DNA from: a candidate division CPR2 bacterium GW2011_GWC2_39_35
GTDB taxonomy: Bacteria > Patescibacteriota > CPR2
Assembly: GCA_000995065.1 (NCBI GenBank)
Contig: LBWX01000003.1
Location: 22,304-86,303 of the forward strand
Length of the DNA stretch: 64,000 bases
Direction of reading: 5' to 3'
Positions 42,549 to 52,174 of this stretch are shown here, in pieces (position 1 is the first letter of the stretch; every line of letters starts with the position of its first letter). Both the position numbers and the translations under genes were made by a program. The notes beneath the pieces were generated by a model. That model saw nothing but the letters and a program-made list of their open reading frames with translations. It made no database searches and had not been told where the DNA came from.

Positions 42549-42818
42549 CTACTTGGGCTCAACGAGCAGCTTGATTGCGGTTCGCTCTTCGCCATTTATT
42601 TTGAGCTCCGCAAACGAAGGTTTGCAGACCAAATCTATGCCGCCGGGCGCTAAGAATCCGCGCGCGATGGCGATGGCCTTTACTGCTTGATTTAAGGCGC
42701 CGGCTCCGATCACTTGCATTTCTGCGGCTCCTTGCGTCCTTACCACTCCTGCTATAGCGCCGGCCACGGAGTTGGGGCTCGATTTCGATGAAACCTTTAA
42801 TACTTCTGCTACTCTCAT
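42549..42818 (-). CDS. spoVS: Stage V sporulation protein S family (Alba-like RNA-binding protein)
   Basis: LKVSSKSSPNSVAGAIAG...IGAGALNQAVKAIAIARGF...GEERTAIK. Confidence 0.95.
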   Translation of the reverse strand: MRVAEVLKVSSKSSPNSVAGAIAGVVRTQGAAEMQVIGAGALNQAVKAIAIARGFLAPGGIDLVCKPSFAELKINGEERTAIKLLVEPK

Positions 42819-43033
42819 TTCTGCTCCTTCTTCATCGTTTTCTGCTTCTTCTATCCTTCTCTATATAAAGGCTTTGTAGAGCCGAAATTGTATTTTTAAA
42901 ATTCTATCCTTTTCCAAACAGCCAAGTTATTATACATCAAAAACACTGACATGACAAGACTTTTTTGGACAGGATATTATCGCTTTGCATTGACATTAAA
43001 GTTTCTCCGCTAAGGCCGCATGCATATAAAAAC

Positions 43034-43597
43034 CCCCGAAAATTACACAATATAATCAAACCATATGGCCTGAAAATATATATGTAACTTTCGGGGTATA
43101 AACCTTAAGGGAAAGCCAAATCAATTATCCCAGCTTTAAAGCCAAAACCTGGTGACCAACTTTTCCTTAAGAAGAATGTGATCATTAAGCTTAAGTCAAA
43201 AAAAGCTTTTGCGGCTGTATCTTGCCTGTTCTTTTTGTAAACTTAAGCCTAATAAATCAGAGATGCCAATCTTTGTATCCAGCAAACAGCGCCGTATAAA
43301 TATATTCCAGCATCTCCGAAAGAGTTTTCAGGAAGAAGCCACGAGTCACAGTCAGATGATCTTAGTCCACATCATCCCAGCTTACTTTGCCAGCTTCTTC
43401 CTGAAGTTTATAAGTGTTGCAGGGAAAAGCCCAATTCTTCCATCCAGAGCGTGTCTCCGGTTGATTATTTACCAGCTTTTCCCTGCAAATTGAAATTGTC
43501 GTTTAACACCAATCCAGCACGGGCTAAAAGCGAATCAGAAGCGCCAGCTTGAAGGGACCAGCAAATTATGCCAAAATAATACAATCAGCGCTTCTGA
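43034..43597 (-). ncRNA. Array of about 7 stem/internal-loop/hairpin units with dual variable segments (candidate bridge-RNA/TIGR-like guide array)
   Basis: Units at 43034-43096, 43104-43171, 43185-43252, 43257-43319, 43327-43405, 43417-43488 and 43535-43597. Each has a 10-14 bp outer stem and an inner hairpin; five have ~16x16 nt loops bounded by conserved motifs. Confidence 0.8.
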
Positions 43598-43618
43598 AAA
43601 TTAATAGAGAAATTAGTA

Positions 43619-44734
43619 TCACCTTAGATATTCTTTCCACAGATATTTGAGCAATCGCTCTAGCTGTTTGACTCTGCGCAATTTTCTTTTTTTCTCCTCA
43701 TCCGTTAAAACAGCGGCGATACCGATATTTCTGGCAATTTCTTTACCTCTTTTAGAGGTAGTGGCAAGTAAATAAAGGTATTGCCTAATCTCGCCTCTTT
43801 TCCTGGATATCCTTGGTTTCCCCTTGCTATCCATTCTGGTTACAGCCAAGCCGCAGTAGCTTCGAAGCTCGCGCCAATTTTCCCATCTGCGCCAAGCAAG
43901 AAGCCCCAAAAGAAGGACGATAGTATTTCCGCCAAAATCATCCATGGCTGGATGTAAGTCAAACTCGTTCCTTAAACGCCGGTGCGCTTCTTCCTTCAAT
44001 AGCGCTATCTCATCAAATCTTGCCAGCGACTCTTTAAGCTTTTCAGCTTCGCCTTTCCTAAAATCTATGGGGATATCTAAGGCGAGTGATTTAGCGGCCA
44101 GCTTTCTTACTTCCGGGATGAGACTACTTTTTTTCAGCGATTCCGGGAAAGGATCTTCCAGAACATGACGCATTTTTTTTGTTGTCCAGATAGGCGGTTG
44201 CGGAAGCGGAATTGGTTTATCGTTTGATCCCCCGACCTTAATAACTTCCGGAAACAAAACCACCATGCGGTCCAAGATGTCGTGCTTTATGCGCCGGCCT
44301 TCATTGGTCAGCTCAAGATACCTTTTGGCAAGCTGTACGATGAACGGCTCGTGTTCCGATGCTGTTTTGGCATGATTTAATCCGCCAAAAAACGAAAACC
44401 CCGACATACCCATGTTCAAGGCACTTTTTAGAGTCTTTTCAACCGAGCCTGCAGGGCCTCTTTTGTTTCCGTCTGTTTTGATTGAGATATAAAAAATCTC
44501 GAACCCTCTAGCTCTTAAACTGTAAGCTAGGGGTGTCGCCCATCTTTTATTCCCCACGAATACGATCCTTGAAACGCCGGACTTTTTCGCTGCCTTTTCG
44601 ACCTCCCTTAGTCCCGCATGGTCATTGGCTACTTGTATTTCTTCATCGTCTTTTACAACAGTAAAAAAGTTTCGGTGCATTGCAATCCCAATTGCGGGTG
44701 TCTTCGCCTTTTCCTTTAAAAGGACTAAAGACAT
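43619..44734 (-). CDS. IS110-family-derived protein with a degenerate RuvC (DEDD) domain and a retained Transposase_20/Nop-like C-terminal domain
   Basis: IGIAMHR (cf. IGIDVHK), IVFVGNKRW (cf. VxMEATGxYW), KTD; C-terminal LRSYCGLAV..DSKGKPRISRKRGEIRQYLY; GAAGGGA RBS before ATG 44734. Confidence 0.8.
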   Translation of the reverse strand: MSLVLLKEKAKTPAIGIAMHRNFFTVVKDDEEIQVANDHAGLREVEKAAKKSGVSRIVFVGNKRWATPLAYSLRARGFEIFYISIKTDGNKRGPAGSVEKTLKSALNMGMSGFSFFGGLNHAKTASEHEPFIVQLAKRYLELTNEGRRIKHDILDRMVVLFPEVIKVGGSNDKPIPLPQPPIWTTKKMRHVLEDPFPESLKKSSLIPEVRKLAAKSLALDIPIDFRKGEAEKLKESLARFDEIALLKEEAHRRLRNEFDLHPAMDDFGGNTIVLLLGLLAWRRWENWRELRSYCGLAVTRMDSKGKPRISRKRGEIRQYLYLLATTSKRGKEIARNIGIAAVLTDEEKKRKLRRVKQLERLLKYLWKEYLR

Positions 44735-44873
44735 AAAATCACATCCCTTCAAATTGTTAAAAAACTCTATCATTATCTAGAATCCAAGATTTGCCGAACA
44801 GTTACTTATAACACAAAATATGCTAAAAATCAAACATTTTAGCTTAAATTTGCAGCTTTATAGATTGAATAGA

Positions 44874-47708
44874 TTAGGATTTACCGACAAGAAGAAGGTC
44901 TTTTAAATATCGTCCCGTATAAGACTTGGCACTTTTAGCTACTTGCTCCGGCGTGCCGACGGCCACCACCTCGCCACCCTTGTCGCCACCTTCCGGACCA
45001 ATATCCACGATCCAATCCGCCGACTTAATAACGTCTAAGTTATGCTCAATGACCAGCACGGAATTCCCCATGTCTACAAGCTTCTGAAGCACCTTTAAGA
45101 GCTTGTTCACGTCGTCAAAATGGAGTCCGGTCGTCGGTTCGTCTAAGATATAAAGCGTTTTACCGGTCGAGCGCCTGGAAAGCTCGGTAGCAAGCTTTAC
45201 TCTTTGAGCCTCGCCTCCGGAAAGAGTGGTTGCCGGCTGACCCAGCCTCATATAGCCCAGACCTACTTCGTTTAAGGTCTCCAATTTCTTTTTTATCTGC
45301 GGTATGTTCTTAAAAAATTCCGATGCTTCCTCGATCGTCATCTCCAAAACATCAGCTATGTTTTTACCTTTATACCTTATCTCTAAGGCTTCCTTATTAT
45401 ACCTTTTTCCTTTACATTCATCGCAGGTAATATAAACATCCGGAAGAAAATGCATTTCTATCTTGATAATGCCATCGCCGCGGCAAGCCTCGCATCTTCC
45501 GCCTTTAACGTTGAAACTAAATCTTCCTTGCTTATAGCCTCGGATTCTCGCTTCCGGTGTGGCCGCAAAAAGTTCTCTGATATCTGTAAACACACCAGTG
45601 TAAGTAGCCGGATTGGACCTTGGTGTTCTGCCAATAGGCGACTGATCGATATTAATCACCTTATCCAAATTCTTAGTACCCATAATCTCCTTATGAGCGC
45701 CCGGAGCAGTTTGTGCCCTATGGAAAACCTGAGCCAATCTTTTCGCTAAAATGTCGTTAATCAGGCTCGATTTTCCGGAGCCAGAAACTCCCGAAACAAC
45801 CACAAATTTACCCAGCGGAATGCTTACCGTTACATTTTTTAGATTATGCTCTGCCGCCCCAACAATGGTAATATCCTTTCCATTCCCTTTGCGTCTTTTC
45901 TCCGGAACCCCAATTTCTTTTCTACCGGACAGATAATCGCCCGTCAAAGAATTCTTATTAGCAACAACTTCTTTTGGTGATCCCTCAGCAATAATCTTGC
46001 CGCCATGTTCTCCGGCGCCAGGACCAATATCAATTACGTGGTCGGATTCCATGATGGTCTCGGCATCATGTTCTACTACAATAACCGTATTGCCAAGATC
46101 TCTAAGCCGCTTTAAGGTATTAATAAGCCGAATGTTATCCCGCTGATGAAGGCCAATGGAAGGTTCATCTAAGATGTACAAAACTCCCATTAGAGAAGAA
46201 CCGATCTGCGTGGCCAACCGGATTCGCTGCGCCTCTCCTCCCGATAAAGTGCTAGCACCCCTATCAAGCGTTAAGTATTCGAGCCCCACGTTTATTAAAA
46301 ACTGAAGTCTTTCCTGGATTTCTTTTATGATTTGCCTCGATATATACCGCTCTTTCTCGTCTAATTTGAGACTCGAAAAGAAATCGGCTGCTTTCGATAT
46401 AGAAAGATTGGCGATCTCCATAATCGACTTTTTACCGACTTTTACCGCTAAGATTTCGGGCTTAAGACGATTTCCATGACACTGGGGACATTTATGAACC
46501 GCCATGTATTTTTCGATTTCTCGTTTAATATAGTCAGAATCAGTTTCTTTGTACCTACGTTCCAAGTTTGGGATTACGCCTTCAAAAGTAGTTTCAAACT
46601 CCGGTATTTTATCGTAGCGACTATTTCTCACTACAATTTTATCAGTGCCCGTTCCGTACAAAACTACTTGCATCGCTTCCTTGGGCAAATCACAAACCGA
46701 GGTATTAATATTAAAGTTATGATTGTCGGCAATTGATTCCAGCATTTTCATATACCAAGTCGATTTAGAAGTCGTCCTGGACCACGGTCTGATTGCCCCT
46801 TCTGCCAAAGACAATTTTTTGTTTGGAATAATTAAATCCGGATCGATCTCCAACTTCAATCCCAAACCAGTACAGTACGGGCAGGCGCCGTGCGGACTGT
46901 TAAAAGAAAAATTCCTCGGCTGGATTTCCGGCAGATTAATGCCGCAATCCAAACAAACAAAATTCTGAGAGAAAATCTGCTCTTCATCGGTATTGGCGTT
47001 CTGAATGTAGACCACCCCTTCACCAAGATTTAGAGCATTTTCGATTGATTCTGCTAAGCGCTGGGCCGATTCCGGCTCCACGATCATTCTATCTACCACC
47101 ACCTCAATATTATGTTTTTTCTGACGATCTAAACTTAATTCTTCTTCGATGTCATAAACCTTGCCATCCACCCGAACTCTTTGATAACCGGCCTTTCTTA
47201 AAGCCTCAAACACATATTTATGCTCGCCTTTTTTATCTTTAATGATCGGCGCCAAAACGTATATCCTAGTGCCATCCGTCCAAGACAAAACTTTGTCGAT
47301 GATCTGCCTAGAGGTTTGCTGCGATACTTCCTTACCGCAAAGAGGACAATGAGAGTGGCCAATTCGGGCAAACATAAGACGCAGATAATCGTAAATTTCG
47401 GTTACCGTGCCCACAGTAGATCGAGGATTTCGGCTGGTAGATTTCTGATCAATCGAAATAGCCGGCGATAAACCGTCAATTTGATCCACATCCGGCTTTT
47501 CCATAAGACCCAAGAATTGTTTTGCATAAGAAGAAAGGCTCTCGACATAGCGTCTCTGGCCTTCGGCATAAATAGTATCAAAAGCAAGTGAGGATTTTCC
47601 CGAACCGGACAGTCCGGTAATAACTACTAGCTTGTCTCGCGGAATCTCAATATCAATATTTTTTAAATTGTGCTCTCTGGCACCCCTAATAACAATTTTA
47701 TCTTGCAT
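44874..47708 (-). CDS. uvrA: Excinuclease ABC subunit A
   Basis: Two ABC cassettes ([26 protein letters not shown]), zinc fingers. Confidence 0.99.
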   Translation of the reverse strand: MQDKIVIRGAREHNLKNIDIEIPRDKLVVITGLSGSGKSSLAFDTIYAEGQRRYVESLSSYAKQFLGLMEKPDVDQIDGLSPAISIDQKSTSRNPRSTVGTVTEIYDYLRLMFARIGHSHCPLCGKEVSQQTSRQIIDKVLSWTDGTRIYVLAPIIKDKKGEHKYVFEALRKAGYQRVRVDGKVYDIEEELSLDRQKKHNIEVVVDRMIVEPESAQRLAESIENALNLGEGVVYIQNANTDEEQIFSQNFVCLDCGINLPEIQPRNFSFNSPHGACPYCTGLGLKLEIDPDLIIPNKKLSLAEGAIRPWSRTTSKSTWYMKMLESIADNHNFNINTSVCDLPKEAMQVVLYGTGTDKIVVRNSRYDKIPEFETTFEGVIPNLERRYKETDSDYIKREIEKYMAVHKCPQCHGNRLKPEILAVKVGKKSIMEIANLSISKAADFFSSLKLDEKERYISRQIIKEIQERLQFLINVGLEYLTLDRGASTLSGGEAQRIRLATQIGSSLMGVLYILDEPSIGLHQRDNIRLINTLKRLRDLGNTVIVVEHDAETIMESDHVIDIGPGAGEHGGKIIAEGSPKEVVANKNSLTGDYLSGRKEIGVPEKRRKGNGKDITIVGAAEHNLKNVTVSIPLGKFVVVSGVSGSGKSSLINDILAKRLAQVFHRAQTAPGAHKEIMGTKNLDKVINIDQSPIGRTPRSNPATYTGVFTDIRELFAATPEARIRGYKQGRFSFNVKGGRCEACRGDGIIKIEMHFLPDVYITCDECKGKRYNKEALEIRYKGKNIADVLEMTIEEASEFFKNIPQIKKKLETLNEVGLGYMRLGQPATTLSGGEAQRVKLATELSRRSTGKTLYILDEPTTGLHFDDVNKLLKVLQKLVDMGNSVLVIEHNLDVIKSADWIVDIGPEGGDKGGEVVAVGTPEQVAKSAKSYTGRYLKDLLLVGKS

Positions 47709-47792
47709 TAGTCTCCACCAATTTTATTTTTCACCTCGAAAATCCAGGTTTAAATTATAAAGCTTTTGTCAAGGTTTTTCAAGGATTTTTAT

Positions 47793-47939
47793 CTGAACCA
47801 CCCTCACTTTTTTGTCATCCCCGTGAAAACTTAGGATCCAGAAGGCTTGGGGGCATAGTGAGCTTCCTGGATTCCCGCCTGCTCGGGAATGACAACTAGA
47901 GTTATTTTTCTTGTTTTTTAAAAAGTGAGGGTGGTTCAG
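47793..47939. repeat. 20-bp perfect inverted repeat enclosing an RPE-like palindromic element (47813-47894)
   Basis: CTGAACCACCCTCACTTTTT / AAAAAGTGAGGGTGGTTCAG flank TGTCATCCCCG..GGATCCAG / CTGGATTCC..CGGGAATGACA. Confidence 0.7.
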
Positions 47940-48018
47940 GGTTTTTATAATTTTATTGGAAAGAGAAAAGAGGCTCTGATACATTTAAAATGATCTCGGC
48001 CTCCCAAGTGCTGTGCTG

Positions 48019-48291
48019 TTAGCTAGTATTTTCGCTTGCTGAAAAACGCTTAATTTTTTTGACTTGCATTGCTGCCGAGGCAAGTCCAACAACAATTAGC
48101 GTGGGCATGAACGCCCAATCGAACAAGTTGTTTGCCAAACCATTCGTAAACCATTCTGCGTTTACGATGATCCACGTCTTTATTACATTGGTCGATCCTT
48201 CTCGGATTAAGGTTGGATTTTCCAATATCCTCACTAATCCGTGGATCGCCATCGTAATGCTCACGGCGATTCCGATATAATACTTAGCCAT
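48019..48291 (-). CDS. Small membrane protein
   Basis: GGAGG RBS; two hydrophobic segments. Confidence 0.65.
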   Translation of the reverse strand: MAKYYIGIAVSITMAIHGLVRILENPTLIREGSTNVIKTWIIVNAEWFTNGLANNLFDWAFMPTLIVVGLASAAMQVKKIKRFSASENTS

Positions 48292-48554
48292 GATCTTCCT
48301 CCAATTTTATTTTCCTAGTAACAGCCCCCTGGATATTAAAAATCTAAACACCCAAGACGCTGCCACCAATAATATGTGGGGAATTATTCAATGTACTAGC
48401 TTGTCAATATTCTATTAGTCAAACCGATTCGTTTTTTGTGTAAAAAAATCGAGCCGCTTTCATCAATAGAATCAATGCATTTTGCCTGTTAAGGATCGGC
48501 AGGAGCTAGTTTAAAAACAATGTGTTTTAATTTTCTAGCTCCTGCCCGACGTTG

Positions 48555-48902
48555 TTAAGATTTTGCTTTAAAATATGCTTTATCCAAGCTATGAAGACAC
48601 ATTAGAGTGCCCGCAATGGGATAATATGCTGCGATTTTTGCTGTATTAAAGGATGCTATAGCCATTAGTGCTGTTAATAAATTAACAAGATGTGAACCCG
48701 TTTCAATACCGAGAAAAAAGTTACCTGCCGCAAGATGCATCTGCGGAATACCGAGACACACAACTATAGCTCCGCGAATGCAAAGCTTAACCGGACCCGA
48801 CAACTCTTTCCCTGATAGCTTCTCGATAACCCTTATGGTTATCGCCCCAAGTATCGATGCGATACTTAGAATTACCGCTATACTTAACAACTTTTCTTTC
48901 AC
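48555..48902 (-). CDS. Small membrane protein downstream of the c-di-GMP-II riboswitch
   Basis: GGAGGT RBS, GTG start, hydrophobic; hairpin terminator at about 48497-48549. Confidence 0.7.
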   Translation of the reverse strand: MKEKLLSIAVILSIASILGAITIRVIEKLSGKELSGPVKLCIRGAIVVCLGIPQMHLAAGNFFLGIETGSHLVNLLTALMAIASFNTAKIAAYYPIAGTLMCLHSLDKAYFKAKS

Positions 48903-49008
48903 TTTCTTACCTCCAATTTTTGCTTACATAACAACTCTCTAAATACCCTAAATATTTAAGGAGTTGTTATGAAGCGCCGAAGGCAATGAATTTAATGTCC
49001 CAACAATC

Positions 49009-49033
49009 AAAAAACAAGCCCTGAAAGCTTGCT
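49009..49033 (-). terminator. Attenuator terminator of the riboswitch expression platform
   Basis: Minus strand AGCAAGCTTTCAGGGCTTGTTTTTT, about 50 nt downstream of the aptamer. Confidence 0.6.
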
Positions 49034-49081
49034 AGTAATACAACCGTCAAAGTAAATACATGGAATATGTATATACTTTTT

Positions 49082-49158
49082 GCGACCGGTTTCACCACTA
49101 GCTCCCCGTACCCATAAGGTGACCACATGTGTGGTACGGATCAAAGCTTTCGCTGACT
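49082..49158 (-). promoter_or_regulatory. c-di-GMP-II riboswitch aptamer
   Basis: GAAAGC-TTTGA-TCCGTACC...TGGTCACCTT...GGTACGG-GGAGCTAGTGGTGAAACCGG: kink-turn UGA/GA, 7-bp P3, TCACC/GGTGA pseudoknot; matches the RF01786 consensus by eye. Confidence 0.85.
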
Positions 49159-49184
49159 AAACTTTTTTATTGTTAACGCTTAGA

Positions 49185-49213
49185 ATAGTATCACATTTCT
49201 AGAAATTTGTCAA
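49185..49213 (-). promoter_or_regulatory. sigma70 promoter upstream of the riboswitch
   Basis: TTGACA-17 nt-TACTAT. Confidence 0.7.
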
Positions 49214-49439
49214 TAGTTTTTTCTTAGCTGTGTTTTCTTAGCTGTGGTCGAGGACCCCCAGGCGTTTAATGCATTTTACCACAGCATAAAGGTTCTGTTA
49301 AAGCTCTAAATAAAACTAGCAGGGCGGGAAGGGGTCTTAAGGCAATTCTGCTCGCACAGAAAATTCTTAAAACTCTTCCCGAGCCAACCTAACATAAATT
49401 AGATCAACATCCCTGCTATACATAGTCCTTCTACCAGCC

Positions 49440-49682
49440 CTAGAATAACCCCTTATGGGGTAGATAGATCCAACTTGCAACAAAAATTGCTAACAAAGCA
49501 GCCGCAATATATAAAACTGGCACAATTGCCCTCTCGACGATCTGTAATTCCTCAGCAGCGATAGCAACAACTTCTTCCTTATCACTGCTAAAAAACTGCA
49601 ACATCCAGGAAATGATACCTGATAATGGCGTCATTTGTGTTTCTCGGACTACAATTCCTCCCCGTTTTTTTGGTATTTCCAA
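49440..49682 (-). CDS. Small membrane protein (start uncertain)
   Basis: C-terminal TM; internal GGAGG RBS before VVRETQ. Confidence 0.5.
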   Translation of the reverse strand: MEIPKKRGGIVVRETQMTPLSGIISWMLQFFSSDKEEVVAIAAEELQIVERAIVPVLYIAAALLAIFVASWIYLPHKGLF

Positions 49683-49778
49683 TCTAGTTCCGCCTTTCTG
49701 TCAATAGTTCTAACATTTTTTCTTGCAACAAATAACTATACAACAAAAACTCCAAAAAGTCCATATTTTTTGCTGGAA

Positions 49779-49924
49779 CCATGTGCACTTTTTTAAAACC
49801 CCCCAGTAATTGTCATTGCGAGCGACTGGAAGGAGCGCGGCAATCTTGTCTTTAAACCGATTAGATTGCTTCATTTCATTCGCAATGACACCTACACAAA
49901 CGTTTTTAGGAAAAGTGCACGTGG
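49779..49924. repeat. Outer imperfect inverted repeat enclosing a REP/RPE-like element (49811-49890)
   Basis: CCATGTGCACTTTT / AAAAGTGCACGTGG flank TGTCATTGCGA...TCGCAATGACA. Confidence 0.65.
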
Positions 49925-49967
49925 GTCAGATTTTTTTTAAAAAGCATCTTGGCTTTAAAAAAGTCTT

Positions 49968-52043
49968 TTATCTCTTCTTTCCTAATATCTTCTTTTGAGT
50001 CTTACTTTCTTCTACCTGAGTTCTAAGGACTATAATTTGATCTCTTACAGCCGCCGCTTTTTCAAAATTAAGCTCCTTAGCATGAAATTTCATTTGCTTT
50101 TCGAGGTCAACAATTATTCTTTCTATCTCGTCTTTTGGCGCTCTTATAATATCCAGATTATGAATCGACTCTTTTTCTTCTTCAGCTCCTCTCATATTTT
50201 CTCTAATCCCCTTTTTAATAGTCTGAGGGGTGATGCCGTGCTTCTTATTATGTTCTTCTTGGATTTCTCTTCTTCTAGCTGTTTCCTTCATGGCCCGATC
50301 CATGGAACCGGTAATCTTATCGGCATACATTATTACCTTTCCCTCCTGATGACGTGCCGCCCGGCCGCAAGTCTGGATAAGAGAAGAAGCCGATCTTAAA
50401 AAACCTTCCTTGTCGGCGTCTATTATGACGACCAAGGAAACCTCGGGCAAATCCAAACCCTCTCTTAAAAGATTGATGCCCACCAAAACGTCATAGACTC
50501 CAAGCCGCAAGTCTCTTAAAATCTCCGGCCTCTCCAAAGTATCGATATCAGAATGCAAGTAAGCCACTTTTATACCGTGTTCTTGTAGATAATCCGCCAG
50601 ATCTTCAGCCATTCTCTTGGTAAGCGTGGTTACTAATATTCTTTGCTCTTTTTTAACTCTCGCACGAATTTCGCTCATCAAATTATCAATCTGATTTTTA
50701 GAAGGACGGATTTCCACAATCGGATCTAAGAGTCCGGTAGGCCGGATAATCTGACTAGCAATGCCTTCAAACTTATGGCCTTCCTCAACTTTTTCGTAAT
50801 ATTCCAGCACGGTAGAAAACTTCTCCGGCGACTGATTGCTCTTAACCATTTCGGCATCCTGGGGTGTCGCCGAAACATATATCGCCTGATTAATTATTTG
50901 ATCAAACTCAATAAATCTTAACGGTCTATTATCCTTAGCCGAAGGAAGCCTAAATCCATGCTCCACCAAAGTTGATTTTCTGGCCTGGTCGCCATTGTAC
51001 ATACCCCGAATCTGCGGCAAAGTAATATGGGATTCGTCAACAAACATCAAATAATCTTTAGGAAAGTAATCTATAAGGGTGATTGGCGGACTACCCGGCT
51101 CCCGTCCGCTTAAGTATCTGGAATAGTTTTCGATACCGCTGCAATAACCGGTTTCGAGCATCATCTCGATATCATGATTTGTCCTCGCTTTAATTCGGTG
51201 CGCCTCCAACTCTTTTCCTTCTTTTTTTAACTCCCTTACCCTCTCTTCCAACTCGGCCTGAATGTCCCCAATGACACTCAAAATCTTTTCTCTTGTAGTC
51301 ACAAAGTGCTTAGCCGGGAAAACCATAATATCCGTAAAAGTTTTTATTATCTGACCGGTAAGAGCCTCAATCAGTTTTATAGATTCGATTTCGTTTCCAA
51401 AGAATTCTAGCCGAAGCACAAAATCCTCATAAGGCGGGTAGATATCCACAATATCGCCCTTTACCCTCAGCCGCCCTCTTATAAGCTCCGTATCGTTTCT
51501 TTCGTATTGGATGTTTATAAGCTGACGCAAAAGTTCACTTCTTCTTATCTGCTGGCCTTTTTTGAGTCTCAAGGTCTGGCCCATATAATCTTGGGGCGAA
51601 CCGATTCCGTAAATGCAAGAAACCGAAGCCACAATTATGGTGTCGCGCCTGGATAAAATAGATGAGGTTGCTCCGTGCCGCAAACGATCGATCTCATCGT
51701 TTATGGAAGTTTCTTTTTCGATATAGGTATCGGTCCGAGGGATGTAAGCCTCGGGCTGGTAATAGTCATAATAAGAAACAAAGTACTTGACCGAATTTTG
51801 AGGAAATAGCTCCTTAAATTCTAGATAAAGCTGAGCAGCTAAGGTTTTGTTATGAGAGATCACCAAAGCCGGCCGGTTTGACTCCTCTATAACATTCGCC
51901 ATTGTTAGAGTCTTGCCGGATCCTGTAACGCCAAGTAGTGTCTGATCCCGATAGCCTCTCTTGAGCCCATCTAAAAGCTTAGCGATAGCCTCCGGCTGAT
52001 CCCCCTTAGGCTTATATTCACTTGTAAGTTTAAAACTATTCAT
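49968..52043 (-). CDS. uvrB: Excinuclease ABC subunit B
   Basis: [37 protein letters not shown]-terminal UVR domain. Confidence 0.99.
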   Translation of the reverse strand: MNSFKLTSEYKPKGDQPEAIAKLLDGLKRGYRDQTLLGVTGSGKTLTMANVIEESNRPALVISHNKTLAAQLYLEFKELFPQNSVKYFVSYYDYYQPEAYIPRTDTYIEKETSINDEIDRLRHGATSSILSRRDTIIVASVSCIYGIGSPQDYMGQTLRLKKGQQIRRSELLRQLINIQYERNDTELIRGRLRVKGDIVDIYPPYEDFVLRLEFFGNEIESIKLIEALTGQIIKTFTDIMVFPAKHFVTTREKILSVIGDIQAELEERVRELKKEGKELEAHRIKARTNHDIEMMLETGYCSGIENYSRYLSGREPGSPPITLIDYFPKDYLMFVDESHITLPQIRGMYNGDQARKSTLVEHGFRLPSAKDNRPLRFIEFDQIINQAIYVSATPQDAEMVKSNQSPEKFSTVLEYYEKVEEGHKFEGIASQIIRPTGLLDPIVEIRPSKNQIDNLMSEIRARVKKEQRILVTTLTKRMAEDLADYLQEHGIKVAYLHSDIDTLERPEILRDLRLGVYDVLVGINLLREGLDLPEVSLVVIIDADKEGFLRSASSLIQTCGRAARHQEGKVIMYADKITGSMDRAMKETARRREIQEEHNKKHGITPQTIKKGIRENMRGAEEEKESIHNLDIIRAPKDEIERIIVDLEKQMKFHAKELNFEKAAAVRDQIIVLRTQVEESKTQKKILGKKR

Positions 52044-52174
52044 GACTAGATATTATAGAGGAAAGTTAAAGTTTAGGGAAGAGTTTAGATTTTTAAAAAG
52101 AGAAAGAGCAGGGTTGTCGCATCACACTGGAAATAATTGTGTGAGGCAACTCGCCTGCTCTTTGCCCATGAAAC

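Noticed and set aside
43209-43493. 94-aa plus-strand ORF
   Set aside because: TTG start without an RBS, no recognisable motifs, and it overlies the structured array.
43034-43597. CRISPR array
   Set aside because: No identical direct repeats and no cas genes; conservation is structural with only 2-3 nt motifs.
43619-44734. Active IS110 insertion sequence
   Set aside because: Catalytic acidic residues appear substituted, and the flanking RNA has about 7 loops rather than a target/donor pair.
47769-47984. 71-aa ORF (also 49810-49998)
   Set aside because: Translations of palindromic repeat elements (CHSRAGGNP, SLRA...DCF..AMT); no RBS.
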